Source: a virus
Length of the DNA: 64,000 nucleotides
Strand: one strand, 5' to 3'
IMG/VR virus record: IMGVR_UViG_3300020438_004435
Positions within the stretch are counted from its first letter, which is position 1. The number at the start of each line of letters is the position of its first letter. The notes beneath the pieces were generated by a model. That model had not been told where the DNA came from, ran no database searches, and was given only the letters and a program-made list of their open reading frames with translations. Position numbers and translations under genes: made by a program. Positions 31,982 to 41,499 of the stretch are shown one piece after another.

Positions 31982-33812
31982 AAGCTAATTCGCCTGCAAG
32001 ATTTGTATTATCATCTATTTCTATTACATTAGTTAAATCAACATTCTGTAATGATTTTAATAAATCATCATATCTTTCCTTTGTTATGTCCTCAAAAGGT
32101 GCTTGTGTATATGATCCACCATCATGAGGTAAAACAGAAAGGCCATTATAATGATTTCTATTATTCCACATCCATTCTCCCGCTAATTCCCAATCATCTT
32201 CCTTTAATGAAATGGTTGCCGAAACATTATGCGTATTAGATCCATTCCTATGACCTGATTTAACCCATTCAGTAGCTATCTTTTTTACTCTTTCTAATAA
32301 TTGGAAAGGTGATTCTGTTCTCATTATAGCACCATTCGGGGCTTTTTGAGGAACCTGTATAACTGCTGTATCATGTGGTCTGAAATATTCATCTTCAACT
32401 AATTCAGGATGATTATTAATAAGATGGGTATATATTGATTCATTTTTACCTACCCTTATTCTTCTGATATAAAAATCATTGTGCCATGCATGGATACCTG
32501 ATGATGTTCCTAATGCTAATGATGTTGTTCCTGCTGGTTTAACCGTAGTTGTTCTAGCTGCCTTATTAACACCTATTATTTTTGCAATTCTTGAATTTTC
32601 CCTCTTAACTTTATCAGCCGCGATCTCCATATCATATCCTAATACTACACCCGATCCAATACCAGTCATTGAAACACCAATTAATGCATCCTTCTCAGTT
32701 GTTTCTCTCCATACATCTCTTAAATAATGGAAATCAGTATATCCAGCTTGTAGAGTACCAATAAATGCTGCAGCTTTTACTCTTTCATTAAGATCCTCTT
32801 GAGATTCTATATCACTTGCATTTACTTCACATAAATTACAAAATTGATAAGGTCTTAAAGCAATTTCACAGCATGGATTAGTTCCCCAATCTTTATCATT
32901 ATTAAAATATATGCCTGGTTCGCCTGCTCCACTCAATTTTACCCTATCCCAAATTTCCATAAAGAATTTTTTGGTAATTTTATGTCTCATTAGACATGCC
33001 GAATTATTTGCTCTACCCCTTTGTGGATTCAATTCCCACCATGGCCCAGCTTTACATGAAATCATTTCATCATCGTCTGCACTAAATAAACTAATTAAGG
33101 CTGCTCTTCTAATACCACCTGCTAATACTGCATCAGCAATATGGCATATAATATCATGAGCTTCTAAAGTGGTTAATCTGGATCCATTTTCCTTTTGTTC
33201 TAATATACCACCCACTTTTAATATACATTCCTTAAGAGGTTGTGGCCCTGGAGCTTTACCACCTGATGTTACTAATTGTGCGCCTTTAGGCCTAACATCT
33301 GAATAATCAAATTCTATTCTACTTCCTCCACCATTCATATAAGACTTCATAAGAACCTTTACTGCATCAGCCCATCCTTCTATAGAGTCTCCAATTAGGA
33401 ATCTTCTTTTTCTTTTAGGATATGGCTTTTGAATAATAGGCAATTTTGCTATATGATGCTTTTGTACTGAAAATCCGACACCGGTTCCGCCTAATAATAA
33501 AAACATAGTCTCATTAAATGAATCTAAACTATCTATTGGAAGGTATGCACAATTATATATTCTATTTGGTGATATTGTTATAGGTTTACCTGCGAATTGC
33601 ATTGATCTCATAGATGGTAATACCTTTTTGTCATACACAAATTTATATTTTTCATTAATCTCATCCTCTAATTGAGGATATTGTTTAATATGCATATTCT
33701 TATTACGCGTTACCAATTCTTCCCATGTTTCCCTGCGGTTCAATTCCGGTAGGTATTTTGCATATTTCATATAGACAGTGATGTCCGATAGAATTTGTGT
33801 AGAAATTTCCAT
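31953..33812 (-). CDS. nrdJ: Class II (adenosylcobalamin-dependent) ribonucleotide reductase
   Basis: PSMRSMQFAG, NCAY, GGIRRAA, TNPCCEI, VKPAGT and C-terminal CAGGSC. Confidence 0.93.
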   Translation of the reverse strand: MEISTQILSDITVYMKYAKYLPELNRRETWEELVTRNKNMHIKQYPQLEDEINEKYKFVYDKKVLPSMRSMQFAGKPITISPNRIYNCAYLPIDSLDSFNETMFLLLGGTGVGFSVQKHHIAKLPIIQKPYPKRKRRFLIGDSIEGWADAVKVLMKSYMNGGGSRIEFDYSDVRPKGAQLVTSGGKAPGPQPLKECILKVGGILEQKENGSRLTTLEAHDIICHIADAVLAGGIRRAALISLFSADDDEMISCKAGPWWELNPQRGRANNSACLMRHKITKKFFMEIWDRVKLSGAGEPGIYFNNDKDWGTNPCCEIALRPYQFCNLCEVNASDIESQEDLNERVKAAAFIGTLQAGYTDFHYLRDVWRETTEKDALIGVSMTGIGSGVVLGYDMEIAADKVKRENSRIAKIIGVNKAARTTTVKPAGTTSLALGTSSGIHAWHNDFYIRRIRVGKNESIYTHLINNHPELVEDEYFRPHDTAVIQVPQKAPNGAIMRTESPFQLLERVKKIATEWVKSGHRNGSNTHNVSATISLKEDDWELAGEWMWNNRNHYNGLSVLPHDGGSYTQAPFEDITKERYDDLLKSLQNVDLTNVIEIDDNTNLAGELACAGGSCEVK

Positions 33813-33840
33813 TTAGTGCTCCTTTATTATTTAGTAGAGT

Positions 33841-33867
33841 AAAAAGGCAAATCAAAATGATTCGCCT
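33841..33867 (-). terminator. Intrinsic terminator-like hairpin between helicase and nrdJ
   Basis: Sense AGGCGAATC-ATTTT-GATTTGCCT (9 bp, one G.U) followed by TTTT. Confidence 0.6.
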
Positions 33868-33893
33868 GAACGTTATTAATAATTAGACAAAAG

Positions 33894-35249
33894 TTATACA
33901 TTACCTTCTAATTCCTTAAACTTATTTTGTAAATATTTACGTCCTGCCTCTTCACCCCCATCCATTTGTTTTTGTGCGTTACGTCCTTGTAACGATCCTT
34001 CATCATATATTTCAATTTGGCCATTTGAAGTATTCATTTTACTAGGAAATGTAATACCATCAGGTCCAAATCTATTTTTAATAACATGCCATCTACCTGT
34101 ACCTGCTATTTTATCCTCTATTTTTCTTGATAAAGATAATACAAAATCAGCCGTCATTATCTTACTGTATGATTCTGCTATCTTTTCTGCTCCAATTATA
34201 TCGTCTTCTAATGAAGATCTATTTGCTTGGGAAGCTGTCCAAACTGGTATCTGATATTCACCAGCCATACCTCTAAGATCCTCATATATATTACCAAGCT
34301 CATGTCTAAGATCTTGTGTTCTACCTGCTCCTCTTAATAAATCCGCATAATCTACAACTATCATATCAGGTTTATATCCCATCATCTGAACCCTATCTAA
34401 ATGGGCTTTGATTGTATTGACAGTAGCGGATTTGGTAGGATAATATTTTACTACCAATCTCCCATCTAAATTCTCTACCACCTTTTTAACATCATCTATA
34501 TGGTATTTCAAATTTTGTGCTGCTATACCAGAAAATACCGAATCAAATCTTAATCCAACATATGCATCATTAAGCTCTAAGGTATAGTGAACCGCACTTA
34601 GTCCTGCTTTTACCGAATTAGCTGCTACATTTACCAGTCCCCAAGATTTACCTATTCCTGCAGGAGCTACAAATACGCCTAATTCACCAGGACCTAATCC
34701 ACCATCCATCAAATCATCAATTACTGACCATCCTGTAGGAACTGTCTTACGAGTACTTTCCTGAAATCTTGCATCTACATCGATATTATATTCATGACCT
34801 ATGTCTCTCTCGGCTCCAGCCTTCATTGCAGTATCAATTTTCTCCTTTATTGAATCATATTCACCTTGTTGGAGTAAATTAACGGATTCCATAATAGCCG
34901 TTTTTAGGGTTTGATTTTTACAAAAATCTAATGCTTCCTTTTCTATAAATTCTATATCAGGTGCATCAGATTGTTTTGTTATTTGTTTTAGATTATCAAC
35001 AATTGTGGTTTTTAATACATCGCCTTCTACATCATTCAATTTAACCTTCATAACCTCGAGTGTAGGTAAAGTACCAAATTCTACAAAATAATCCAATATT
35101 GATTGAACTATCCATTGATTTGCTTCCGATTCCATAAATGCTGGATTCAAAATATCACTTATTTGTTGTAGAAACAACCTATCCTTGAATAAAGCTGCGA
35201 TGAGCTTTATTTGAAAGGAATACCCGAATTTACTAAATGTATCTGTCAT
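33894..35249 (-). CDS. DnaB-like replicative helicase (T4 gp41-like)
   Basis: APAGIGKS, VVDYAD, TASQANR, ADFV and KNRFG. Confidence 0.95.
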   Translation of the reverse strand: MTDTFSKFGYSFQIKLIAALFKDRLFLQQISDILNPAFMESEANQWIVQSILDYFVEFGTLPTLEVMKVKLNDVEGDVLKTTIVDNLKQITKQSDAPDIEFIEKEALDFCKNQTLKTAIMESVNLLQQGEYDSIKEKIDTAMKAGAERDIGHEYNIDVDARFQESTRKTVPTGWSVIDDLMDGGLGPGELGVFVAPAGIGKSWGLVNVAANSVKAGLSAVHYTLELNDAYVGLRFDSVFSGIAAQNLKYHIDDVKKVVENLDGRLVVKYYPTKSATVNTIKAHLDRVQMMGYKPDMIVVDYADLLRGAGRTQDLRHELGNIYEDLRGMAGEYQIPVWTASQANRSSLEDDIIGAEKIAESYSKIMTADFVLSLSRKIEDKIAGTGRWHVIKNRFGPDGITFPSKMNTSNGQIEIYDEGSLQGRNAQKQMDGGEEAGRKYLQNKFKELEGNV

Positions 35250-35256
35250 TAATATT

Positions 35257-35285
35257 AATATATAAAAATTTTTTTAATAAACCAA
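35257..35285 (-). promoter_or_regulatory. Class-I sigma70-like promoter
   Basis: TTGGTT-N17-TATATT upstream of the helicase. Confidence 0.65.
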
Positions 35286-35286
35286 A

Positions 35287-36333
35287 TTATTTGGCACTTT
35301 GTTTTGCGAATGCATCTAATGATGTAAATGTTTCACGTAACCAGAAATCAAGATTTCTAATTATTGTAGTAAGTCTATCTTCCATTAACATAAGCTTAAA
35401 TTTATGTACATTTAATGGATTGATATGTTCTCCAACTATATTTCGTATTTTCTCTTTTGCTGTTCCAGAGATATCTACATCATATAATTGCATTAACCTG
35501 TGATTTAATTCAATCTGATCCTTATTACTGCATATCGACTGTAGTATTTTGATCTCTGAATCTTCCGAAGCTTTTAATACTTCATCAATTGAGACTTCCC
35601 TATCTTCAAATATAATAGGCAATCTTTTTTGCAATGTTTTTAATCCAGCTCCTTTAATACCAGGAATATTATCGGATTTATCACCCGTAAGGGTTCTATA
35701 TAATAAAAAATTATGAGCTGGAATACCGGTATCTGATTGAACATCACCCTTAAAATATAATTTCTTTTTTGTTGGACTCCAAACCGTTATTCTATCATCA
35801 ACTAATTGTAAAAAGTCTTTATCGGATGACATAATAAAACACTGAGAATCGGTTAATATTTGTTTACTGATATAAGCTATAGTATCATCAGCTTCAATAT
35901 TATCTAATGATAAGATGGATACTGGAAGATTATCCATATAATTTACTAGGCGAGCTAACTGCATACCCATATTCTTTCTTTGAGCGTCCTTGTCATCACT
36001 TCCTACAAATGCTCTATTCAAATTTGAGGTAGGTTTTCTATTACCCTTATATTCAGGATATATTTTTCTACGTCTTTGACTTCCACCTTTACCATCAAAA
36101 CATAAAATAACCCTTGTTGGTTTTATATTTTTAATGGCATATCCAATAGATAGTAATGATCCTGAAATTCCTCCAACATGAACTCCATCATCATTAGTAA
36201 CAGGTGAAATTGCCCAAGCTCTTATGAATGTATTCAATCCATCCACCAACAGGACTCTATCATTAAGTCCTGTTGGTTTGGAATTGTTTTCCTGTAATGT
36301 TTCCAATATAGAAAAATACTTGTTATTACTCAT
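35287..36333 (-). CDS. 5'-3' exonuclease / flap endonuclease (T4 RNase H-like)
   Basis: VDGLN, FDG, YKGNR, EADD, SSDKD and GDKSDNIPG. Confidence 0.93.
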   Translation of the reverse strand: MSNNKYFSILETLQENNSKPTGLNDRVLLVDGLNTFIRAWAISPVTNDDGVHVGGISGSLLSIGYAIKNIKPTRVILCFDGKGGSQRRRKIYPEYKGNRKPTSNLNRAFVGSDDKDAQRKNMGMQLARLVNYMDNLPVSILSLDNIEADDTIAYISKQILTDSQCFIMSSDKDFLQLVDDRITVWSPTKKKLYFKGDVQSDTGIPAHNFLLYRTLTGDKSDNIPGIKGAGLKTLQKRLPIIFEDREVSIDEVLKASEDSEIKILQSICSNKDQIELNHRLMQLYDVDISGTAKEKIRNIVGEHINPLNVHKFKLMLMEDRLTTIIRNLDFWLRETFTSLDAFAKQSAK

Positions 36334-36336
36334 ATG

Positions 36337-37470
36337 CTATCCTTCTGGTACTGGTTCCTCTGACAATTCGATATCATCGATACCTAATTCATCAGATTTG
36401 TATTCCATAATAGCTGCTGTACACATTTTATCATAGATTTCTTCCTTCAACCCATCGTTGTTATCAACCAGAGCTTCCCAATCTTTAGATAAAAATTTAT
36501 GTGCTTTTCCTGAATCATCAGTATAACCATACCATGCTCCAGATTGAGTGACCAATTTATGGTTCTTCATTAATGTTAACCATCCACCGTAATCATCTAT
36601 TCCCTTATCAAAGAAAATATCAAATTCAGCGACTCTTAAAGGTGGTCCCATACGATTTTTAATAATTTTAGCTTTGGTCTTAATTCCTATTACCTTGTCT
36701 AAAGCTACTATTGCACCTTTTTGCTTAATCTGCCCAGCAGCTTGTAATCGTAATCTACAAGATGCATGAAATCCGATTGCTTTACCGCCTGATGTGGTAT
36801 ATGGATCACCAAACATAACTCCAAGCTTTACTCTTAATTGATTAGTAAATATAAGTGTTACCTTATTTCTACCTAACAATTGAGTAATTTTTCTCATTGC
36901 TTTTGATAATACAATAGCTTTACTCGTAGCCCAACCATCCTTAGAATAGTCTGCCTCCTGTTCCACTTTTGTAGTAGCCGCTGCCACAGAATCAACAACA
37001 ATTGTTACTAATCGATCTTTATTAGACTCTCTAGTCTTAGCTATAATATTTTCGATTACCTCAAAAATATCCTCAATTGTTTCTAATTGAATATATAACA
37101 TTTCTGCTACATCTACGCCAATACATCTTAAAAATTCCTCATTACAAGCATTTTCAGTATCTATAAATACTGCTAATCCACCCTTCTTTTGAGTATTAGC
37201 TAAAATATGTCCTGCTAATAATGATTTACCTGAAGCTTCTAATCCTGTTAATTCAGTAATTCTACCAACTGGTATTCCACCATTCTTTCTATTGGAAATA
37301 GCCAAGTCGAGGGTAGCTGAACCTGTGGATATAAAATCTGTTAAATCGGTTGGAGTTTCTTCGGATCCATCTAAAAAATATGCGACCTTATAACCCTTAA
37401 ATTGTTTATTAAGACTTGTAGCTAAAACATTAGCTAGGTCGTCCCTTACTTCTACTTTTTTCTTCGCCAT
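36337..37470 (-). CDS. recA: RecA/UvsX recombinase
   Basis: STGS..LD, GLEASGKS, DSVAA, FTNQLR, GGKA and KNRMGPP. Confidence 0.95.
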   Translation of the reverse strand: MAKKKVEVRDDLANVLATSLNKQFKGYKVAYFLDGSEETPTDLTDFISTGSATLDLAISNRKNGGIPVGRITELTGLEASGKSLLAGHILANTQKKGGLAVFIDTENACNEEFLRCIGVDVAEMLYIQLETIEDIFEVIENIIAKTRESNKDRLVTIVVDSVAAATTKVEQEADYSKDGWATSKAIVLSKAMRKITQLLGRNKVTLIFTNQLRVKLGVMFGDPYTTSGGKAIGFHASCRLRLQAAGQIKQKGAIVALDKVIGIKTKAKIIKNRMGPPLRVAEFDIFFDKGIDDYGGWLTLMKNHKLVTQSGAWYGYTDDSGKAHKFLSKDWEALVDNNDGLKEEIYDKMCTAAIMEYKSDELGIDDIELSEEPVPEG

Positions 37471-37484
37471 AAAAATAACCTCTA

Positions 37485-38255
37485 TTAATTATTAAATAAT
37501 TCATCAAATGCCGCACCTACATCATCCACTTTTTTAGTCGACTGTGTAGAATCATTATTCGTCGTTACTGGTTTAGTAGCTGGTTGTGCTGAATTATCAG
37601 CTTCCGGATCTAACCATTCAGATAATGATTGTTTAAGATCTTCATAAGAACCTTTCTTAAATATTTCAAAAATATCCTTTTGCCCATTCATAATAGCCTC
37701 TGCTACTTCTTTGTTATCAGTAGCTGGCGTCTGATTAGGTTTGATTCTAATTGAAGTAGAAGGAAATTGTTTTCCTGTTTCCTCTGCTGTCTTAAACTCT
37801 ACAGTAATATCTCTACCTGCATTAACATCTGTGATATCTCCATAATCAGGATCGGCTATAAAGCTTAATAATTCTTGATATACGGTTTTACCAAAGCCCC
37901 ATAATTTAACACCCTCTGATTCTGCACCTCTAACTAAAACTGGAACATATGTTCTCATTTTAGGTTCAAGCTTTCTTGACATCTGCCAATCATCTCTATT
38001 ACCTGTAGCTTTTAACTTCTCTGCAAATTCTACAATAGGATCTGCTTCTCCATGAGTTACTGGTGATAAAAAGTTTTTACCATTGAATCCATAGTGAAAG
38101 TAAAGTTCTAGGAACGGATTGTCTTTGTTATACTGGTAAGGTACGATTCTTACTGTTTGTTTACCTGGTTCAGGTTTCCATAAATGATTTTGTCTACCTG
38201 TTTGGTTTTGTAGGCCGGATAGCCTTTTTCGGATTGCATCTAAATCTAATGCCAT
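37485..38255 (-). CDS. Single-stranded DNA-binding protein (T4 gp32-like)
   Basis: LWKP..GKQTVRIVP, WGFGKTVY, YGDITD..GRD and acidic tail FDELFNN. Confidence 0.85.
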   Translation of the reverse strand: MALDLDAIRKRLSGLQNQTGRQNHLWKPEPGKQTVRIVPYQYNKDNPFLELYFHYGFNGKNFLSPVTHGEADPIVEFAEKLKATGNRDDWQMSRKLEPKMRTYVPVLVRGAESEGVKLWGFGKTVYQELLSFIADPDYGDITDVNAGRDITVEFKTAEETGKQFPSTSIRIKPNQTPATDNKEVAEAIMNGQKDIFEIFKKGSYEDLKQSLSEWLDPEADNSAQPATKPVTTNNDSTQSTKKVDDVGAAFDELFNN

Positions 38256-38269
38256 AATTTTTTCCTCTT

Positions 38270-38310
38270 AATTGTTAATTGTTAATAAAATTGTTTAATT
38301 GTTATTTGTT
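38270..38310 (-). repeat. Heptamer repeats (sense AACAATT) in SSB gene leader
   Basis: Four perfect copies (plus-strand aattgtt at 38270, 38277, 38289, 38297) and one variant (38304), directly 5' of the SD. Confidence 0.8.
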
Positions 38311-38316
38311 ACTGTA

Positions 38317-38377
38317 TATAAATAGTACATGTAACTAATATTATATATAATATACAAAAAATTTCCTTAGTATCCAA
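38317..38377 (-). promoter_or_regulatory. Tandem promoters upstream of SSB gene
   Basis: Class-I TTGGAT-N17-TATATT (38349-38377) plus TATTTATA (38317-38324). Confidence 0.65.
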
Positions 38378-38385
38378 AGGATATC

Positions 38386-39009
38386 CTAAAAACTTTTCTT
38401 CCATTTTTGTATCTTTTCCGTTAATTTATTGTAGTATAATATACCATTTTTTCTAAAGGTATCAATCCACTCATTTCTTTTTTGGGTCAAATCAAATTCA
38501 ATCTTATGCATATTATTTACCTGCAATTGACCTTTTCCTAAATTACCAATAGATAGACTATCCCATTTTATATGTTCTATATATGCTACGGATATATCAA
38601 AAATTTCTATATTATCCTTATCAAATTTATATGATACAAATATATAAGCTAAGCTATTATTAGGATCCTTATAATAATCATTTAATCTTTTAATGGATAT
38701 CAAATTAGGTCTAGAAAATGAAGCATCCAGATTATGTGTTTTAATATCTAATTTTAATGTTATATCATCAGACTGTATTTCTACATCTTCTATACTTCTA
38801 GGGCTTGAAGGATATTTGGCATTAGGATAATTATCTATTATCAATTCCCTAACATGTGCTTCCACTATATCACCTACACCTCTCTGCATAATACCTCTAC
38901 CCACCGGAATATAATCAGGCATTTCAGTATTTAATAGATATTCAATTTTCTCTATTTCCAAAATACCTGTATTAATACCATACATGTTGCTAATCCTAAG
39001 GATACCCAA
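38386..39009 (-). CDS. Restriction-endonuclease-like PD-(D/E)xK protein
   Basis: GDIVE (helix E), SIEDV, LDIKT and PNLISIKRL; true start is probably downstream of the listed ATG. Confidence 0.65.
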   Translation of the reverse strand: MGILRISNMYGINTGILEIEKIEYLLNTEMPDYIPVGRGIMQRGVGDIVEAHVRELIIDNYPNAKYPSSPRSIEDVEIQSDDITLKLDIKTHNLDASFSRPNLISIKRLNDYYKDPNNSLAYIFVSYKFDKDNIEIFDISVAYIEHIKWDSLSIGNLGKGQLQVNNMHKIEFDLTQKRNEWIDTFRKNGILYYNKLTEKIQKWKKSF

Positions 39010-39299
39010 GTTTTTGTATTTAATGGTTCATTCATAAACCACCATGTTAAAAATGCAAATGATATCATACCTAATGCAAATACAACCAATCGCTGTGGCC
39101 ATAACAATCCATCAAATCCCTCATATGCCATTTTTGTAGCTATTATAAACAAATAACTAATAGGTATTCCTAATAATGATAATGTTATTGGATTCTTCTC
39201 AAACCATTTCCATACAAATTGTCCATTGATTTGAAGCCATACTAAAGTCTGTGTAATGAAAAATAACCCACTACTTATTATAATTAATTTTATATTCAT
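38952..39299 (-). CDS. Small multi-pass membrane protein
   Basis: Four hydrophobic segments in 115 aa (SMR/EamA-like size). Confidence 0.65.
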   Translation of the reverse strand: MNIKLIIISSGLFFITQTLVWLQINGQFVWKWFEKNPITLSLLGIPISYLFIIATKMAYEGFDGLLWPQRLVVFALGMISFAFLTWWFMNEPLNTKTWVSLGLATCMVLIQVFWK

Positions 39300-39752
39300 C
39301 TATTCTATTATTGTTGTTGTAAAATATTTATTGAATTTTTTATATTCAGGTAATTCCATTAACCTCTTTTTTTGTCGATAATTATGAGATCCATTTTTTG
39401 ATTTCATTTTCCAAAATGATTCCCTTTGTGGCCTTGGCTTATTAGCATCTGGATCAAACCTTGATCCAAATAATTTTGCAATATACTCAGGAGTATGCCA
39501 CTTGCCAATTATCTCCCAACCTGATCTATTTGCTGTTTTTCTTACATGATGATTCATTGTATATGATCCATCTGATAAAAATAATTTATATCTATTAATA
39601 CCAATTCTTTTAGATCCTATAACCATATATTCTTTTGGTTTATCTAATACCATTTCCATATCATCAATATAAACTATACCGCCCTTTGGAGCTTTTAATT
39701 TAATATTTTTTAATACCTGACCATCACCATTTTTCAAAGGAATCCATACCAT
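39300..39752 (-). CDS. Hypothetical protein
   Basis: 150-aa basic ORF. Confidence 0.55.
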   Translation of the reverse strand: MVWIPLKNGDGQVLKNIKLKAPKGGIVYIDDMEMVLDKPKEYMVIGSKRIGINRYKLFLSDGSYTMNHHVRKTANRSGWEIIGKWHTPEYIAKLFGSRFDPDANKPRPQRESFWKMKSKNGSHNYRQKKRLMELPEYKKFNKYFTTTIIE

Positions 39753-39753
39753 A

Positions 39754-40113
39754 TTAATCTTGATCTAATAATTTTGCATAAGCAATTCTAACCTCATCCC
39801 TAAGATCCGATATTTCAGGACTACTTATAATACCTATCCTGAACGCTGAACTTGTAAGATAATTAAGACTTCTACGAACCTTTAATGGATCAATCATATC
39901 TCCTAAATAATCCCTCATCTCAAGAATATTGGTTCTCATTATTTCTGGAGTCTTCCATGTCCCAACATATCTGGATCTCATATCCTGCCATACTGGCTCA
40001 GCTACTACCATTTTAATATTAGCTGATCTAACCTCAGCTGCTGATGGATTGGACTCTGCAAATTTTTTACATTCCTCACCATATAATCTTAATGTCTCTA
40101 TTTTACGTTTCAT
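39754..40113 (-). CDS. Hypothetical protein
   Basis: 119-aa ORF. Confidence 0.55.
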   Translation of the reverse strand: MKRKIETLRLYGEECKKFAESNPSAAEVRSANIKMVVAEPVWQDMRSRYVGTWKTPEIMRTNILEMRDYLGDMIDPLKVRRSLNYLTSSAFRIGIISSPEISDLRDEVRIAYAKLLDQD

Positions 40114-40114
40114 A

Positions 40115-40639
40115 TTAAAAGAAAAATTTATGTGTATTATCTATTTTTTTACTATCATTTCTAAACCCTATCAATTTATCATATCTCCAAATCTCCTCAT
40201 TATTCTTATTGAATACCTCTATCATACAATCCATAAATTGATTACACTCATTATGATAATAACCTTTTTTAAGCCATTTAGTATTTGTATTATACATATC
40301 CTTCCAAAGAATCAATCTTTCCGAATAAGAATAATTTACTAATAATTCCTTATTATTAATATCTCTATTCTCTTTATCATATAAATCTCTAGATCCATAT
40401 GTATCAATCTCTGATAATATAATATCAATTGCCTCAAAATTCTTAGCCGCCTTATATCCCATTATAAGACCTTCACACCAATTAACACATCTTTCCCATC
40501 TATCAACAGATTTATTATCATTAAAATAATTTTTTACCTTAGATAACTTTTCATCTAAACTAAATTTAGAACCTTTAATAGAAGATCTAACTATTTGCCA
40601 ATCAGCATTATATTTTGTAATATCTTTACTTTTTCTCAT
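40115..40639 (-). CDS. Hypothetical protein
   Basis: 174-aa ORF directly behind a class-I promoter. Confidence 0.55.
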   Translation of the reverse strand: MRKSKDITKYNADWQIVRSSIKGSKFSLDEKLSKVKNYFNDNKSVDRWERCVNWCEGLIMGYKAAKNFEAIDIILSEIDTYGSRDLYDKENRDINNKELLVNYSYSERLILWKDMYNTNTKWLKKGYYHNECNQFMDCMIEVFNKNNEEIWRYDKLIGFRNDSKKIDNTHKFFF

Positions 40640-40657
40640 CTCATTTATTTATATCTA

Positions 40658-40686
40658 AATATACGAAAAATATCTCATATAACCAA
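40658..40686 (-). promoter_or_regulatory. Class-I sigma70-like promoter
   Basis: TTGGTT-N17-TATATT. Confidence 0.72.
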
Positions 40687-40714
40687 ATAATTTCGCTATT
40701 ATTTTAGAAAGTTG

Positions 40715-40788
40715 TGAACCGAAAAGGATTCGAACCTTTGACCTATTGCTTAGAAGGCAATTGCTCTATCCAACTGAGCTACCGGTCC
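40715..40788 (-). tRNA. tRNA-Arg(UCU)
   Basis: Hand-folded: GGACCGG/TCGGTTC acceptor, ATTGC-CTTCTAA-GCAAT anticodon arm, TTCGAAT T-loop; no encoded CCA. Confidence 0.95.
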
Positions 40789-40792
40789 ATTG

Positions 40793-40864
40793 TACTCCGA
40801 CGGAGAATCGAACTCCGATTACATGGATGAAAACCATGCGTCCTAACCATTAGACGACCGGAGC
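40793..40864 (-). tRNA. tRNA-Glu(UUC)
   Basis: GCTCCGG/TCGGAGT acceptor, CATGG-TTTTCAT-CCATG anticodon arm, TTCGATT T-loop; no CCA. Confidence 0.95.
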
Positions 40865-40869
40865 AAATA

Positions 40870-41121
40870 TTAGTCTTTTATCACCAATTCGTATTCGCCT
40901 GAGATATACTCTTTTCTACCCTTAGCATACTCTATTGGATTTTTTTGATGTGTCTTAAATGACGAATAACTATCCGGTCCATCTTTAAGTATTTGCACTT
41001 CACCATATCCTGGCCAGTGAGGTCCTTTAGTCATTTCTACTATAATTTGTTTTCTAACTGGCGTGTTAGAGTGATCCATATTGAACCACGCTTGTTTTAA
41101 TAATGTTCTTTCTAAACTCAT
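40870..41121 (-). CDS. Hypothetical protein between tRNAs
   Basis: 83-aa ORF filling the tRNA-Ala to tRNA-Glu gap. Confidence 0.55.
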   Translation of the reverse strand: MSLERTLLKQAWFNMDHSNTPVRKQIIVEMTKGPHWPGYGEVQILKDGPDSYSSFKTHQKNPIEYAKGRKEYISGEYELVIKD

Positions 41122-41136
41122 AATTTTTAATTTTTG

Positions 41137-41210
<74 letters not shown>

Positions 41211-41212
41211 TG

Positions 41213-41392
41213 TTATATACATAACTTTTCTTTTAATCTTTTAACATGCTTACATTCCTGAAATGGTCTATACATAGCTGCTGGACATTCACATCCAAAA
41301 TCATCATTAGATGTTCTGGATATCTTATAATATTTTAACTTACCAGTCTTCTTATCTCTAGATCCCATCTCACTATAAAACCACTTTTCCAT
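41213..41392 (-). CDS. 59-aa SWIM-type zinc-finger protein (not in ORF track)
   Basis: MEKWFYSEMGSRDKKTGKLKYYKISRTSNDDFGCECPAAMYRPFQECKHVKRLKEKLCI; CxC-x10-CxH. Confidence 0.7.
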   Translation of the reverse strand: MEKWFYSEMGSRDKKTGKLKYYKISRTSNDDFGCECPAAMYRPFQECKHVKRLKEKLCI

Positions 41393-41393
41393 A

Positions 41394-41498
41394 TTATATT
41401 AGTTTTCTTTTTTTTGCATCTTCAATAGATAAATACTCTATTTCGTCTGGCCATAATACTTCTACGTGATCTTTGTATATTTTAATCTTTGGTCCCAT
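41394..41498 (-). CDS. 34-aa micro-ORF (not in ORF track)
   Basis: MGPKIKIYKDHVEVLWPDEIEYLSIEDAKKRKLI; abuts both neighbours with 1-nt gaps. Confidence 0.5.
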   Translation of the reverse strand: MGPKIKIYKDHVEVLWPDEIEYLSIEDAKKRKLI

Positions 41499-41499
41499 G

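Noticed and set aside
33812-33894. Cobalamin riboswitch upstream of B12-dependent nrdJ
   Set aside because: The gap is only about 80 nt and has no B12-box; only a simple hairpin is present.
22458-37470. Inteins or introns in polB, nrdJ, helicase or recA
   Set aside because: Lengths are normal, motifs are contiguous, and no splice-junction or homing-endonuclease signatures were seen.
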